Shown: one piece after another, positions 1-11,414 of the stretch
How the letters are laid out: each line of letters starts with the position of its first letter
How positions within the stretch are numbered: the first letter of the stretch is position 1
Source: an uncultured cyanobacterium
GTDB lineage: Bacteria > Cyanobacteriota > Cyanobacteriia > Cyanobacteriales > Cyanobacteriaceae
Direction of reading: 5' to 3'
DNA: 64,000 nt
Assembly (NCBI GenBank): GCA_963710605.1
Contig: CAVQBA010000005.1
Coordinates: 96,001-160,000 of the forward strand
The notes under the pieces: model-generated
Database searches by the model: none
What the model was told of the DNA's origin: nothing
What the model saw: only the letters and a program-made list of their open reading frames with translations
Position numbers and translations under genes: made by a program

Positions 1-475
1 TACTTTCTGCTTCTATAAGTACTTCAGGTTTAACATCAATTATCGTTTTGATATCTAATCCGAACTGATAGATCAATTGAGACATCATCCTTATTTTATT
101 AACTTGCTCTTCATTTATCAAGGGAATTACTTGATGACTAGTAGAGTTGTGACAATCGTTCCAATTTTTTTCTTGCCCCCTAGTTGCCAGTAATGTCAAA
201 CATTTACAATTATCATCGATCGAATCTTGTTCAAAAAATTGTTGGTCAACTAATTGTTGTAAATCATTATCTAAATTTTTGTAAGTATGAGTTTTAAAAC
301 ATCTAATTAAAACACTTGCTTTATTTTCGGTTGTCTGATCAACTAAATTGTCGTAAAGATAATTGATAATTCGGTTAGCAACTTCTTCCATTGAAGAGGC
401 GTTTTGATTCATTGTACGAATATCTAAATCGCACCTTATCATATCTTTTAAACTAAATTGTTGTAGATTATACAT
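1..475 (-). CDS. N-terminal part of a probable signalling protein (conserved cyanobacterial sensor-type N-domain); runs off the window edge
   Basis: Manual translation from ATG 475: MYNLQQFSLKDMIRCDLDIRTMNQNASSMEEVANRIINYLYDNLVD...LIRCFKTH...KCLTLLATRG...HQVIPL...SQLIYQFGLDI, open to position 1. Resembles N-domains I recall from cyanobacterial kinases. Absent from the ORF track because truncated. Confidence 0.7.
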   Translation of the reverse strand, partial: MYNLQQFSLKDMIRCDLDIRTMNQNASSMEEVANRIINYLYDNLVDQTTENKASVLIRCFKTHTYKNLDNDLQQLVDQQFFEQDSIDDNCKCLTLLATRGQEKNWNDCHNSTSHQVIPLINEEQVNKIRMMSQLIYQFGLDIKTIIDVKPEVLIEAES

Positions 476-690
476 ATAATATTCTAAAAAATATTAAGCA
501 TTTTTGATTTAATTAGCTCTTTGAATTAGATCAAACTGATGAATACATAATAACGATTTAAAGCAAGATTAATTATTATTTTATTTTAATTTAAATAACA
601 GTTTTGATGATGGTGGTTAACTTATATTAGTAAACTATTAATTACTTGTTAAGACAATTTGGGTAAAAAAACGAGTTTTATAGATTAGGA

Positions 691-1941
691 CTAAAGATTA
701 TTTTGCACTAATTCAATCGCTGTTTTCAAGCTAGTAGTTATTTTAATTGGTAAATCATCGATCGTTTCCTCTTTTTGCTCAAGTATTTCACCAGATAAAG
801 GTCGAATAATCCAATTTATTTCTCGTTGAGGAAGAGAAGATTTAGCAATTTTTTTAGAATAGATTCTTTTTTCTCTAATACCAGTTGGTCTTTCTACTCT
901 TTCTTCATTCTCTAAATTACGTTCATGATTTTGTTGCTGATAATAACTAGTAATTTTAGTTAGTAAAATATCAATAAAATTGTCTTCGTTGGAATGATTG
1001 ACAAATACAGTTTTTATTTTTTCTGATTGAATAATTTTTAAAAGAATATTGTAAATATTATTTTGCCAGTATTGTTCAGTTTTAAACGGTAATATATAGC
1101 AAGTGTCTATATTTTTCTTTACTTGTTTAAAAGCATTAATAATTAAACTATTATGATCTATATTATCACTAATTATGGCTATACTACCGTCAATATTAAT
1201 CTTCAAATACTGATAATTTTCTTGAATATTAATCAGCTTTTTACTATCTAAAGTATTATTTGTTTTAGTCTCAGAATTTAATTCTAAATCAATGTAATTT
1301 AATAAATTAAGATGACGATCTAAAGCATAATTATTAGCTCTTATTTTGCCATCTAACGCCATAAACTCACCATTTTGATTTATCCCTAGAGGATTTATTT
1401 CCACCAAATCTAAATCATACTGTATCAAAAGATGATACATTTTCTCAATAATATCAGACACTCGAATAATCAAGTTACTATCTAAACCCATTTTCTTTGC
1501 TAAAGTACGAGCATAAAAAGGAGAAAACTCTTCTTCTATCACACAGGTATGTAAATTTTGAAATAAAAGTTCTAAATTTTCTCCTCCTTGAGCTGAACCT
1601 AACAAAATTGGTTTTTTAAGAGCATAATCAATTATAATTGCCAGAAAAAGCTCATTTTCAACATCGTAACGACTTTCAGCTAAGATGACTTGAGGGTATT
1701 CACCTTGAATTGATAAATTAAATAAAGATTGAGCTACAGCGATCGCATCGATTGTATTTTCGACAAACCGAACACCACCATATTTCATTCTTTCACTCGC
1801 TAAGACTTGTGATTTTAAAACTACAGGATAAGGAATTTGCAAATTTTTTAAATCACTAGCATCATATAAAGTTTGAGAAGGTAATACAGGGATATCTACC
1901 TGTGCAAATAGTTGTTTGGCTTGATACTCTAATAAATCCAT
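691..1941 (-). CDS. sucC: Succinyl-CoA synthetase beta-like ATP-grasp protein with divergent C-terminal domain
   Basis: MDLLEYQAKQLF, VVLKSQV...R.K.GGV and DLDLVEINPL...ALDGK are SucC ATP-grasp motifs; C-terminal NGAGL motif absent. Confidence 0.75.
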   Translation of the reverse strand: MDLLEYQAKQLFAQVDIPVLPSQTLYDASDLKNLQIPYPVVLKSQVLASERMKYGGVRFVENTIDAIAVAQSLFNLSIQGEYPQVILAESRYDVENELFLAIIIDYALKKPILLGSAQGGENLELLFQNLHTCVIEEEFSPFYARTLAKKMGLDSNLIIRVSDIIEKMYHLLIQYDLDLVEINPLGINQNGEFMALDGKIRANNYALDRHLNLLNYIDLELNSETKTNNTLDSKKLINIQENYQYLKINIDGSIAIISDNIDHNSLIINAFKQVKKNIDTCYILPFKTEQYWQNNIYNILLKIIQSEKIKTVFVNHSNEDNFIDILLTKITSYYQQQNHERNLENEERVERPTGIREKRIYSKKIAKSSLPQREINWIIRPLSGEILEQKEETIDDLPIKITTSLKTAIELVQNNL

Positions 1942-2264
1942 AAATAAAATTAATCGCTAAAAATAGAAAATAATGATGCTCTAAAAATGTTTTAATAAAT
2001 CTAGATGAAACTGTCGTAGCTAAAGAAACAAACGAAAATAACTAAAAACAAGCAAAAAAATAGTAGATTATTTAATAACCTAATATTTTCTGATTTCTTT
2101 TAGATGAAGACAAAGCAAATTGTCAATTATTCTTGGTGCTTTTTAATCCATCATAATTGATTTATTCTCTGGTTTATCTTTTCTTGATACTTTACACAAT
2201 ACAGATAATTAATAAGTGTGAGAGTATTACCCATCCATCTATACGCTGAGGATGGGTAGTTCAT

Positions 2265-4442
2265 CTATTCGCCATTATCTTGATTTATTTCTGGGCGAGT
2301 TAAACGATTTAATAAATTTTGAGCGTTTCTATAACCTATTTCATTCCCTTGTTGTTCGTATAATTGTCGGGCTTTTTCTGCGTCAGCAATCGCTTTTTCT
2401 AACTCTCCTTTTAAAGCGTAAAGATTTCCCCGATTGTAGTAAGTATCTGCATAATTAGGATTAATTTCGATCGCTTTGTTATAGTCAGCTAAAGCTAATT
2501 CCCATTTTTGTTGCTCATCGTAAACAAGTCCTCGATTATTATAAACATCAACATAATTAGGATTGATTTCGATCGCTTTAGTATAATCAGCTAACGCTAA
2601 CTCCCATTTTTGTTGCTTGAAGTAAAGATTACCTCGATTATAGTGAGCGTTAACATAATCAGGGTTGATTTCGATTGCTTTAGTATACTCAGCAATAGCT
2701 AATTCTAATTGATTTTGATTAGAGTAAACAAGTCCTCGATTATAATAAGCATTAACATAATTGGGATCAATTTCAATCGCTTTGTTATACTCAGCAATGG
2801 CTAATTCCCACTTCTGTTGATTATAATAAACAAGTCCTAGATTGTTATAAGCATTGATGAAATTAGGATTAAGTTCGATCGCTTGGGTATAGTCAGCAAT
2901 CGCTAATTCCCATTGTTGTTGAGTATAATAAATAAGTCCCCGATTATAATAAGCATTAATATAACTAGGATTAATTTCGATCGCTTTGGTATAATCAGCA
3001 ATGGCTAATTCCCACTTCTGTTGGTCTTCATAAACAATTCCTCGATTATAATAAGCATTAATATAGCTAGGATCAAGTTCGATCGCTTTGGTATAATCAG
3101 TAATCGCTAATTCCCATCTTTTTTGGTTGAAGTAAACAAGTCCTCGATTATAATGAGCATTAACATAATCAGGGTTAAGTTCGATCGTTTTGGTATAGTC
3201 AGAAAGAGCTAATTCCCATCTTTTTTGGTTGTAGTAAACAATTCCTCGATTGTAATAAGCATTAACATAATTAGAATCTAGTTCGATCGCTTGGGTATAG
3301 TCAGCAATAGCTAATTCCCATTTTTTTTGATCGGAGTAAAGATTACCTCGATTATAATAAGCATTAAAATAATTAGAATCTAGTTCGATCGCTTTAGTAT
3401 AGTCGGCAATGGCTAAATCTAATTGGTTTTGATTAGAGTAAACAAGTCCTCGATTATAATAAGCATTAACATAATTAGGGTTAAGTTCGATCGCTTTAGT
3501 ATAATCAGCAAGTGCTAAATCCCATTCTTTTTGGTTGTAATAAACAAGTCCTCGATTATAATAGGCATTGACATAATTACGATCTAGTTCGATCGCTTTA
3601 TTGTACTCAACAATAGCTAAATCCCATTTTTTCTGGTTGTAATAAACAAGTCCCCGATTATAATAAGCATTGACATAATTAGGATCAAGTTCGATTATTT
3701 TGTTATATTCAGCAAGAGCTAAATCCCATTTGTTTTGCTTATCGTAAATAATCCCTCGATTATTATAGGCATTAACATAAGTAGGATCAAGTTCGATTGT
3801 TTTGTCATACTCAGCTAAAGCTAATTCTAATTGGTTTTGATTAGAGTAAACAAGTCCCCGATTATAATAAGCATTGACATAATTAGGATCAAGTTCGATC
3901 GCTTGGGTATAATCAACTAAAGCTAATTCCCATTTCCGTTGCTTAAAGTAAACATTACCTCGATTATAGTGAGCGTTAACATAATTAAAATCAAGTTCGA
4001 TCGCTTTAGTATAATCAGCAATTGCTAATTCCAATTTGTTTTGATTAGAGTAAACTAGTCCTCGATTATAATAACCATTAACATAATTAGGATCAATTTC
4101 GATCGCTTTGTTATACTCCGCAATCGCTAATTCCCACTTCTGTTGATTATGATAAACAAGTCCTAAATTGTTATAAGCATCAACAAAATTAGGATTAAGT
4201 TCGATCGCTTTGTTATACTCCGCAATCGCTAATTCCCATTGTTGCTCAACTCTATAGATATTTCCTTGATTGTAGTAGCTAGCCGTAGCTTCATCAATTT
4301 GATTATTTTGAGCTATTTGCCGATTTTTCTCTTCACTGATACGAGGTTTTTCAATTAAGTTATTGGTGGTAGCTAAATTAAATGCCTTAGCAGAGTTAGG
4401 GAAATAAAGTAGCAAAATAATTAGACCAATGTATTTTTTCAT
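2265..4442 (-). CDS. Secreted tetratricopeptide-repeat protein (about 19 x 34-aa TPRs)
   Basis: Signal peptide MKKYIGLIILLLYFPNSAKA; repeated AYYNRGLVY...WELAIADYTKAIELDPNY units. Confidence 0.95.
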   Translation of the reverse strand: MKKYIGLIILLLYFPNSAKAFNLATTNNLIEKPRISEEKNRQIAQNNQIDEATASYYNQGNIYRVEQQWELAIAEYNKAIELNPNFVDAYNNLGLVYHNQQKWELAIAEYNKAIEIDPNYVNGYYNRGLVYSNQNKLELAIADYTKAIELDFNYVNAHYNRGNVYFKQRKWELALVDYTQAIELDPNYVNAYYNRGLVYSNQNQLELALAEYDKTIELDPTYVNAYNNRGIIYDKQNKWDLALAEYNKIIELDPNYVNAYYNRGLVYYNQKKWDLAIVEYNKAIELDRNYVNAYYNRGLVYYNQKEWDLALADYTKAIELNPNYVNAYYNRGLVYSNQNQLDLAIADYTKAIELDSNYFNAYYNRGNLYSDQKKWELAIADYTQAIELDSNYVNAYYNRGIVYYNQKRWELALSDYTKTIELNPDYVNAHYNRGLVYFNQKRWELAITDYTKAIELDPSYINAYYNRGIVYEDQQKWELAIADYTKAIEINPSYINAYYNRGLIYYTQQQWELAIADYTQAIELNPNFINAYNNLGLVYYNQQKWELAIAEYNKAIEIDPNYVNAYYNRGLVYSNQNQLELAIAEYTKAIEINPDYVNAHYNRGNLYFKQQKWELALADYTKAIEINPNYVDVYNNRGLVYDEQQKWELALADYNKAIEINPNYADTYYNRGNLYALKGELEKAIADAEKARQLYEQQGNEIGYRNAQNLLNRLTRPEINQDNGE

Positions 4443-5037
4443 TTTGGGTAATGAATATTTTATTAAAATATCAACGTATTAAATAATTAAGTATCCTTAT
4501 TCTAAGATAATTTGATAATTTAGTAATTTAAGCAAAAAAACAGATATCAAAAAAGTTTACGAAATCTATTAACCCAAATGAAAATACTTCTAAAGACTAG
4601 ATTGTCTTTCTTTTCTTACTTTGCCTAGATACTTACTATTTCTGGCTTCTAAAGCTCTTGCTTGGTCATAAAAATGATTAATATCGATCGTATTAAGTAA
4701 TATTAAGTTATCAGTAAATGAATCAAATTAATTAGTATTACAATCATTGCTAATTACTCATTAATCGCACCCTATCAAAACACGATCAAGCATTTTATTA
4801 TATAGTCTTATACAAATAACAATGAAACGATTTTTGGATTGAGGATTGAAATTTTAGTTTAATTAATTAAACACTTTTTACATAATTCGACTACCGCTAA
4901 GTACAAGTTGCTGAAATTGAATTTCGGAAGTTCGCTCAATTTCCTCGTCAGTCTAAATTTAGTTTGTAGCGGATTCTATTAGCATTGCAATGATAATTAA
5001 TTATTCGACGGGTTTTATACTTCTACTTAAAATATTA

Positions 5038-5239
5038 TATAGCGTTTCCCATACTTGTGAAGTACAGTTAGCGATCGACAAGTCCCCATAAATAAAAGCG
5101 AAGCATCCTTAAATTTCCCCCTTACAAAGGGGAGGGGCTGTCACCTGAATTGATTTCAGGTGCTTGTAAGCCCCGTGGCAAGGGGGATGGGGACCAGTGG
5201 GGGATCGATATGTACCTCGTAATGGTGATAATTGCTATA
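5038..5239. repeat. MITE-like intergenic repeat with imperfect TATAGC...GTACA / TGTAC...GCTATA ends, containing nested small repeats
   Basis: Left tatagcgtttcccatacttgtgaagtaca; right tgtacctcgtaatggtgataattgctata; internal cccccttacaaagggga and hairpin cacctgaa-ttgat-ttcaggtg. Confidence 0.55.
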
Positions 5240-5366
5240 ATTACTATTTCATCTATTTATTAAAACGACTATAGCTATCCTACTATTAAATCATTTGTGA
5301 AAAATTAACTAATAATTGAAAGTAATAAAATTATTAAATATACTGACTTCTGACTCTTTTCTCCAC

Positions 5367-5406
5367 AAAAAAGAAGGGAGCAAGCAAAGCATTTTGCCTA
5401 TCCCTT
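5367..5406 (-). terminator. Intrinsic terminator downstream of the RRM gene
   Basis: Minus strand AAGGGATAGGCAAA-ATGC-TTTGCTTGCTCCCTT followed by CTTTTTT. Confidence 0.65.
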
Positions 5407-5462
5407 AATTCTTTGTTTTATCTTATTGTCTATCTGTTTTTACTTAATAAAGAGCTTTCAAA

Positions 5463-6020
5463 TTAACTAGAAGTTTGAGTGGCAAACATTTCTTTTAACT
5501 TGTTTAATTCATCAGCCCAACGTGGGTCAGGTTGTACAGATTGAGATACTGAGCCACTACGAGAAGTTTTACTTTTATCAGTATTTTTACGACCTTTTTT
5601 ACCTTTATTTTCATTACGACGAGGTTTGTTCTCATCGTTACTAAGTGTAGGCGTACTAGTAGGAGTAGCTGTTGTTGTTGTTTGCTCTTCATCAGAGGTA
5701 GTTGCATTTTCAGCTTCACCTTCTGGGGTATTGTTTTTACGAGGTAATGCTTTTTCAATTAACAAGATAAAATCGCTACCATCTTCATCCTTATAGACTT
5801 CACCATTATAAATAAAGGGCTTTTCATTATATTTACTAATAAATTCTTCTGCGGCTTCATCAGTCGGTACGGTAACAAAGCCAAACCCACGACATTCTTT
5901 TTTCTTTCTTTCTCTAATTAGTTTGGTGGAGAAAGAAGGTTCAAATTCACTGAACATTCCTTCAAAATTTTCTTTTTCGATCGCCGCTTTAGGTAACTTA
6001 ACATAAAGACGTACAGACAT
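5463..6020 (-). CDS. RRM RNA-binding protein, Rbp3/RbpG-like
   Basis: MSVRLYV start with GGAGGA RBS; RNP1-like CRGFGFVTV; C-terminal QPDPRWADEL motif. Confidence 0.85.
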   Translation of the reverse strand: MSVRLYVKLPKAAIEKENFEGMFSEFEPSFSTKLIRERKKKECRGFGFVTVPTDEAAEEFISKYNEKPFIYNGEVYKDEDGSDFILLIEKALPRKNNTPEGEAENATTSDEEQTTTTATPTSTPTLSNDENKPRRNENKGKKGRKNTDKSKTSRSGSVSQSVQPDPRWADELNKLKEMFATQTSS

Positions 6021-6447
6021 TTGGTTTTCCTCCATTGGTGTAATTATTTTTGCTAAGTAAATTTATAAAATTACTACAGATTAACTCTGATTTTCACAAT
6101 AAATGAGCTAGTAAACTCGCATTTGAGTAACTAACTCTAGATGATTGATTTATCAACTTGATTTCATCTTGAGATGAACTAGTTAAAATCATTGACTTTG
6201 TTCTTATTAATTTATTTATGAGAGTTTTTTTAATCGTTTCTTTAATATTAAGAATAATCTGAACTTTTACTGTTTTACTTTATATTCTTGTATTTGCCTG
6301 ATCACCCTATATCGTATCACACTTGTTATCTTCTGTTAAGTATTATTTCTTATCACTTTGGCTTGATTAGTTATTTGTTATCTTAAAAATTGAGTAATTT
6401 TAGCGTTAACAGCGATCGTCAAATAATAATCGATTATTGCTCAAACT

Positions 6448-8043
6448 TTAAGCGATCGAACTTAATTTTAAATTAGGGTGATCAGCTTGTAACTGATTCA
6501 CATTCCAAGCATTACGGAATAGTAACACAGGACGATCGAGTGCATCTTTCACTGTCATGGTATTAAAAACACGTCCAATTTCAGCCAAAGCATCCCAACC
6601 ATCAACTACCCAACGAGCAACACTGTAAGGTAAAGGCTCTAAATTAGTTTCCACATTATATTCACTCTGCATTCTAAATTGTACTACTTCAAATTGCAAC
6701 TGCCCTACAGCGGCTAAAATTGGATCACGAATAAAATCATCCGCCGCCGACATTACTTGAATCGCACCTTCTTCTTGTAATTGTCCGATTCCTTTTTGAA
6801 ATTGTTTAAATTTAGAAGGGTTAGGATTTTTTAAATAACAAAATAATTCAGGAGAAAACGAAGGAATACCTTCATACTCTAGTTTTTGACCTAAATAAAT
6901 CGTATCACCGATCGCAAATACCCCTGGGTTATTCAAACCGATAACATCACCAGGATAAGCGTGAGCAATTGATTCTCTACCAGAGGCAAATAATTTTTGG
7001 GGGTGAGACAAACGCACTGTCTTACCAGAGCGAGCATGAGTCACAGTCATATCTTTTTCAAACTTGCCTGTACAGACTCGGATAAATGCAACCCTATCTC
7101 TATGTTTCGGGTCCATATTTGCCTGTAATTTGAAGACAAAACCACTAAAATCAGGATGAGTCGGTTCTAAATTACCTATATTTGATTTTCTAGGTGTGGG
7201 TGATAAAGCATAATCTAGAAAAGATTCTAAAAATAAACGCACCCCAAAATTAGTCATTGCTGAACCAAAAAATACAGGTGTCATTTCTCCTTTATGAATT
7301 GCTTCTAAGTCAAGTTTTTCCCCAATCTCATCAAGAATTTCAATTTCTTCAAGGGTTTTGGCGTATAATTCTTCACCAATATATTCGACTAAACGATCGT
7401 CTCCTGCGGGGATTAAAGTTTCGGGAATCTCTTTACTACCATGAGCGATTCTTTCAAATAAATGAAACATTTTTTGACGACGATCGTAAACACCTTTAAA
7501 GTAATCACCATTACCAATCGGATAATTAACAGGATAAGTCTTTAAACCTAACTCTTGTTCAATCTCATCTAATAACTCTAACGCCTCTCGCCCTGGACGA
7601 TCCATTTTATTAACAAAAGTAAAAATGGGCAACTTACGTAATTTACAAACTTCAAACAACTTACGAGTTTGAGGCTCTAAACCCTTAGCCGCATCAATTA
7701 ACATCACCGCATTATCTGCCGCCGCTAAAGTACGATAAGTATCTTCACTAAAGTCTTGGTGTCCGGGAGTATCTAGTAGATTGATTTGATAATCTTCGTA
7801 GGCAAATTGTAAAACAGTAGAAGTAATTGAAATACCTCTTTGTTTTTCTAATTCCATCCAATCAGAAGTTACTCTTCTTTGTTCACCACGAGCTTTAACC
7901 GCACCCGCTTGATGAATAGCACCCCCATAAAGTAAAAGTTTTTCGGTCAGGGTTGTTTTACCCGCATCAGGGTGAGAAATAATCGCAAAATTACGACGTT
8001 TATTAACAGCAGAGATTAATTCTTGTTCGATCGTTGCAGACAT
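6448..8043 (-). CDS. prfC: Peptide chain release factor 3
   Basis: [53 protein letters not shown]. Confidence 0.98.
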   Translation of the reverse strand: MSATIEQELISAVNKRRNFAIISHPDAGKTTLTEKLLLYGGAIHQAGAVKARGEQRRVTSDWMELEKQRGISITSTVLQFAYEDYQINLLDTPGHQDFSEDTYRTLAAADNAVMLIDAAKGLEPQTRKLFEVCKLRKLPIFTFVNKMDRPGREALELLDEIEQELGLKTYPVNYPIGNGDYFKGVYDRRQKMFHLFERIAHGSKEIPETLIPAGDDRLVEYIGEELYAKTLEEIEILDEIGEKLDLEAIHKGEMTPVFFGSAMTNFGVRLFLESFLDYALSPTPRKSNIGNLEPTHPDFSGFVFKLQANMDPKHRDRVAFIRVCTGKFEKDMTVTHARSGKTVRLSHPQKLFASGRESIAHAYPGDVIGLNNPGVFAIGDTIYLGQKLEYEGIPSFSPELFCYLKNPNPSKFKQFQKGIGQLQEEGAIQVMSAADDFIRDPILAAVGQLQFEVVQFRMQSEYNVETNLEPLPYSVARWVVDGWDALAEIGRVFNTMTVKDALDRPVLLFRNAWNVNQLQADHPNLKLSSIA

Positions 8044-8293
8044 TAATTATTTGTTTAATAGTTGATATTGGATAGTTAATAGTTAGTTTTATTTTTACCG
8101 AAGAAGCGTATTGCTCAACTAGCACAAATTATTTTACACCAAAACTAATTAATTTTTTCGTGTTTAAGGCGTAAAAGTTCTTACCGCATAAACTAAAACT
8201 TAGATTAAACGACAATTTTAGTTGTAATTAACAAAAAGAAATGCTTTAAAATATTGATATAATTTTTTTATTATATCTTATAACATTATTCTT

Positions 8294-8911
8294 ATGACTA
8301 AAATAGAAGAAATATCAGGAAATAACATAACAGAAATATCAGAAAAACAAATAGAAGAACAGAAATTACAAGAAATTTACTTAATTTTATCTCAAATGTT
8401 TAAAAGAGAAGAAATAGCGGCTAAAGCTATTGTTGGTTGTTTGTATGATATTGCTACGGTTAATGTGGTTAATCGATATGTTGGTATTTGGGGAATCAAT
8501 CAAACTCTTAAATATCTAGCACGTTTTCCACGCCCTATTGTCAAAACCTTAGCTGTTAAGTTATATGTGCAACCTCGATGCCCTAAATTGATCACTGATT
8601 GGTTTTTTACTTTAGTCGAATTTCCGATTCAAACGGCTCAAATAATAGAAGGAGATAGAACGCATATTGAAGTAGAAGAAGAGCAAAAACAGATTCAAGT
8701 TGAGACTTTACCCGTTCGTTTAGAGCAAGAAGAGCAAAAGCAAAGAAAAATTAAGTCTTTGCAAGGACAAGTCAGAATATTGACAGGTACATTAGTCACC
8801 ACGATTGTTGTTTTTAGCGGTAGCATTTTGTGGGTTGCTAATAACTTACAAGTTAATCCACTAGATTTATTAACCACAACTCAAGCAAAAACTGTTGATT
8901 ACGAGCAGTAA
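8294..8911 (+). CDS. Hypothetical protein with C-terminal coiled coil and TM helix
   Basis: 205-aa ORF; hydrophobic ILTGTLVTTIVVFSGSILWV. Confidence 0.7.
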   Translation: MTKIEEISGNNITEISEKQIEEQKLQEIYLILSQMFKREEIAAKAIVGCLYDIATVNVVNRYVGIWGINQTLKYLARFPRPIVKTLAVKLYVQPRCPKLITDWFFTLVEFPIQTAQIIEGDRTHIEVEEEQKQIQVETLPVRLEQEEQKQRKIKSLQGQVRILTGTLVTTIVVFSGSILWVANNLQVNPLDLLTTTQAKTVDYEQ

Positions 8912-9515
8912 TCACTAAATAGTCTCTGAGTAGATATCTACCTAGAATTACTTTTTGTTTCAGTTAATCAAAGATTTGGTACGTTAATCAAGCAGTATAT
9001 ACATTGAGCAATCGATCGTAACTGCTAATTTTTTTGCTCAAATTTCACCTATATATCTAACTATGAGACTTCTAGTCTTGATAAATTTATCGGTTGTGGG
9101 AACGATCATCTTAAGGAATACGTCTTAATTAGTAGATGTTAAATAGAAAATCAATTTAAATATATCATATAAGTAAATCTAAACTGATTAAATAGTAGTT
9201 TTAAAATAAAATTAACCGCTTAATTTTAATATGATATAATAGAAATTAAGTGATGATAAGAAAAGCTATTTTTACTCGATGAGTAAGAACAATTATAATA
9301 TGAAAAATTCATTCTATGTGAGTGAAATACTGACTGAAGAATATAGTCATATCTCAAGATTTATCCCAACAATACCATGACTTATTGAGTTGTCTAAATA
9401 TTTTAATCTCAGCTTAATAATTGTTCGTTATGATAGATAAATTAATGTTCAATACAAGTAAGCGAAAGTATTTATAAATCTTGTTTATTATGATCATTTA
9501 TCGGGAGTTGCCTTA

Positions 9516-9971
9516 ATGATTTCAATTTCATCACCCCCCACTATACGTAGTTGGAAAACTGTTAGTTTTGCTTCGACACTGCACCTTTATCCCATCCTCG
9601 ATTTGCTTCTCAAAAAAATCCCGACACAACTTCATCCAGAAATTAGATTAGGATTGCAAGAAGCATTAGTAAACGCCGCTAAGCATGGTAACAGACTCGA
9701 TCCTTGTAAAACAGTAAAAGTCAAGTTTTGCTATAAAAAAAGTGAATATTCATGGATAGTATGCGATCAAGGCGACGGTTTTGAGCAAGAATCAAATTAT
9801 TCTTTTGATGATGAAAATTTACCTGCGGTGGAAGCTGAAAACGGCAGAGGATTCTGTCTTTTACATCAAATTTTTGATCGTGTTACTTGGAATCCTCAAG
9901 GTACAAAAGTAGAACTATACAAACAAGTTGATCATAACTTACCAAATTATTCTCGATTTAAATTTTATTAG
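9516..9971 (+). CDS. pmgA: PmgA, anti-sigma-factor-like HATPase protein
   Basis: SFASTLHLYPILDLLL, LGLQEALVNAAKHGN, DQGDGF, ENGRG; PmgA-type N-terminus. Confidence 0.85.
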   Translation: MISISSPPTIRSWKTVSFASTLHLYPILDLLLKKIPTQLHPEIRLGLQEALVNAAKHGNRLDPCKTVKVKFCYKKSEYSWIVCDQGDGFEQESNYSFDDENLPAVEAENGRGFCLLHQIFDRVTWNPQGTKVELYKQVDHNLPNYSRFKFY

Positions 9972-10055
9972 ATTTTGAGCATTGAAACTAAAGTTATTAG
10001 CTCATAGTTTAATAGTCATTAAAATTTAATAAGTACTAATCACAGATAAAACAAA

Positions 10056-10349
10056 TTATGATTGATTAGGTATTTTTTTATGCCCATGAGAAGGGCAAGG
10101 AAGAGGTTTAATACTTTTATCTAACCATCCTTGTGCTTGGCTAATTCTTTCTAAAGCTTCTTGCGTTTCATCGTTTAAGAGATAGACTAAACCAGAGGCT
10201 AGTTGTTGTAAAGCTTGGGCTTTACGATCGTTTTTTAGTTTATGCCAATCATAGCTACTAATAGTGAGTTTTAAAGCAAGTAGTTGTGCTAATTCTAACT
10301 CACTTAAATTTTGCTCGGTAGAATTATTAACTGGGGATTGAGTATTCAT
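10056..10349 (-). CDS. Conserved cyanobacterial hypothetical protein (DUF6439-like)
   Basis: DWHKLK.DR..QA.QQLA, GWLD..I...PCPSHG; convergent with pmgA. Confidence 0.7.
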   Translation of the reverse strand: MNTQSPVNNSTEQNLSELELAQLLALKLTISSYDWHKLKNDRKAQALQQLASGLVYLLNDETQEALERISQAQGWLDKSIKPLPCPSHGHKKIPNQS

Positions 10350-10398
10350 GTGGTTATAATTAAGTACAATAAATAATGTAATCGTTTTTTATTGTAAG

Positions 10399-10761
10399 AT
10401 GTCTAACGAACAAAAAGCTTCCGAATCCGCAACACAAGTTAGTATAGAAGAGCAGATTACTGAGATAGAAGCCTCATTAGACAAAATAAAACAGCGTTAT
10501 CAACAAATAGAAATAGATAATCTCAGAAAAACTGAATTAATCGAGCAAAAATCGGCAATAAAAGAAAAACTCCCAAAAAATAAACAAGATTCTCTCAAAA
10601 GTGAATTGCAATACATCGAAGACGAATTAAACGAGATAGAAGTACGTTTAGAAAGCGAATTATTTAAATGGAGTAATTTTATTGAACCCTTTTGGCAAAT
10701 AGTCCGTTTTGTCGGGATCGGGATTGTGATAGGTTGGTTTTTAAATGTTTATAATGGCTAG
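10399..10761 (+). CDS. Coiled-coil protein with C-terminal TM helix
   Basis: Heptad-rich, ending LESELF.W...FWQIVRFVGIGIVIGW. Confidence 0.75.
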   Translation: MSNEQKASESATQVSIEEQITEIEASLDKIKQRYQQIEIDNLRKTELIEQKSAIKEKLPKNKQDSLKSELQYIEDELNEIEVRLESELFKWSNFIEPFWQIVRFVGIGIVIGWFLNVYNG

Positions 10762-10801
10762 TTTTTAAAAAATCAAAACCTAGATTATTAGTTAAGACTG
10801 A

Positions 10802-11158
10802 TTAATGACGATGAGGTTGTTTGACTATATCGATCGTACCATCACGAGTATATTCAAAAATATAACGATTATTTTCTCTCAACAAGTAAGTTTTGAGTAC
10901 ATCAAAATTATTTTTAAAAGCTATTTTTTCATATTCCCAATATTCCCAACATTTACCCGGTGCGAGAGAAAAATTTTTTCGAGTATTATAATCTTCATCA
11001 AACATGGTAAAACCATGAGTCACTTTAGTATAGTTGCAGATATAAAAACCATCATCAGTATGATCAGCCAAAGCTGATTTAGTTGTCACATTAGAAACGG
11101 CTAAGGCACATACTAAACTAGTAGAAAAAGCAATCAACTTCTTGTACATAAAAATCAA
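10802..11158 (-). CDS. Small secreted hypothetical protein
   Basis: Signal peptide ending SALA; two Cys in the mature part. Confidence 0.6.
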   Translation of the reverse strand: MIFMYKKLIAFSTSLVCALAVSNVTTKSALADHTDDGFYICNYTKVTHGFTMFDEDYNTRKNFSLAPGKCWEYWEYEKIAFKNNFDVLKTYLLRENNRYIFEYTRDGTIDIVKQPHRH

Positions 11159-11414
11159 CGATTATTTTTGCGATATTAACTGATACATAATAACAAGTCT
11201 ATAGATTAGTCCTAGTCTTAATGATGATAAGTAATTGTGAATTGTAATGAATATTGATAATTGTTTACTTATTTTAATTACTTTAAAAGTCAAATAGATA
11301 CTGTTATCAAAAAAAGAAGATGTAAATGAAATACTGTTCTTGTCGTAAAATAGAGCATTTTTTGATTATAGTTGAGATATAACGGTATTTAAATATCAAC
11401 TATCAACTACTTAA

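Noticed and set aside
2400-4290. Regularly spaced repeats resembling a CRISPR array
   Set aside because: 102-bp period inside an ORF encoding TPR units; no unique spacers and no cas genes.
8912-9515. Possible ncRNA upstream of pmgA
   Set aside because: No recognisable structured RNA, tRNA or riboswitch motif by eye.
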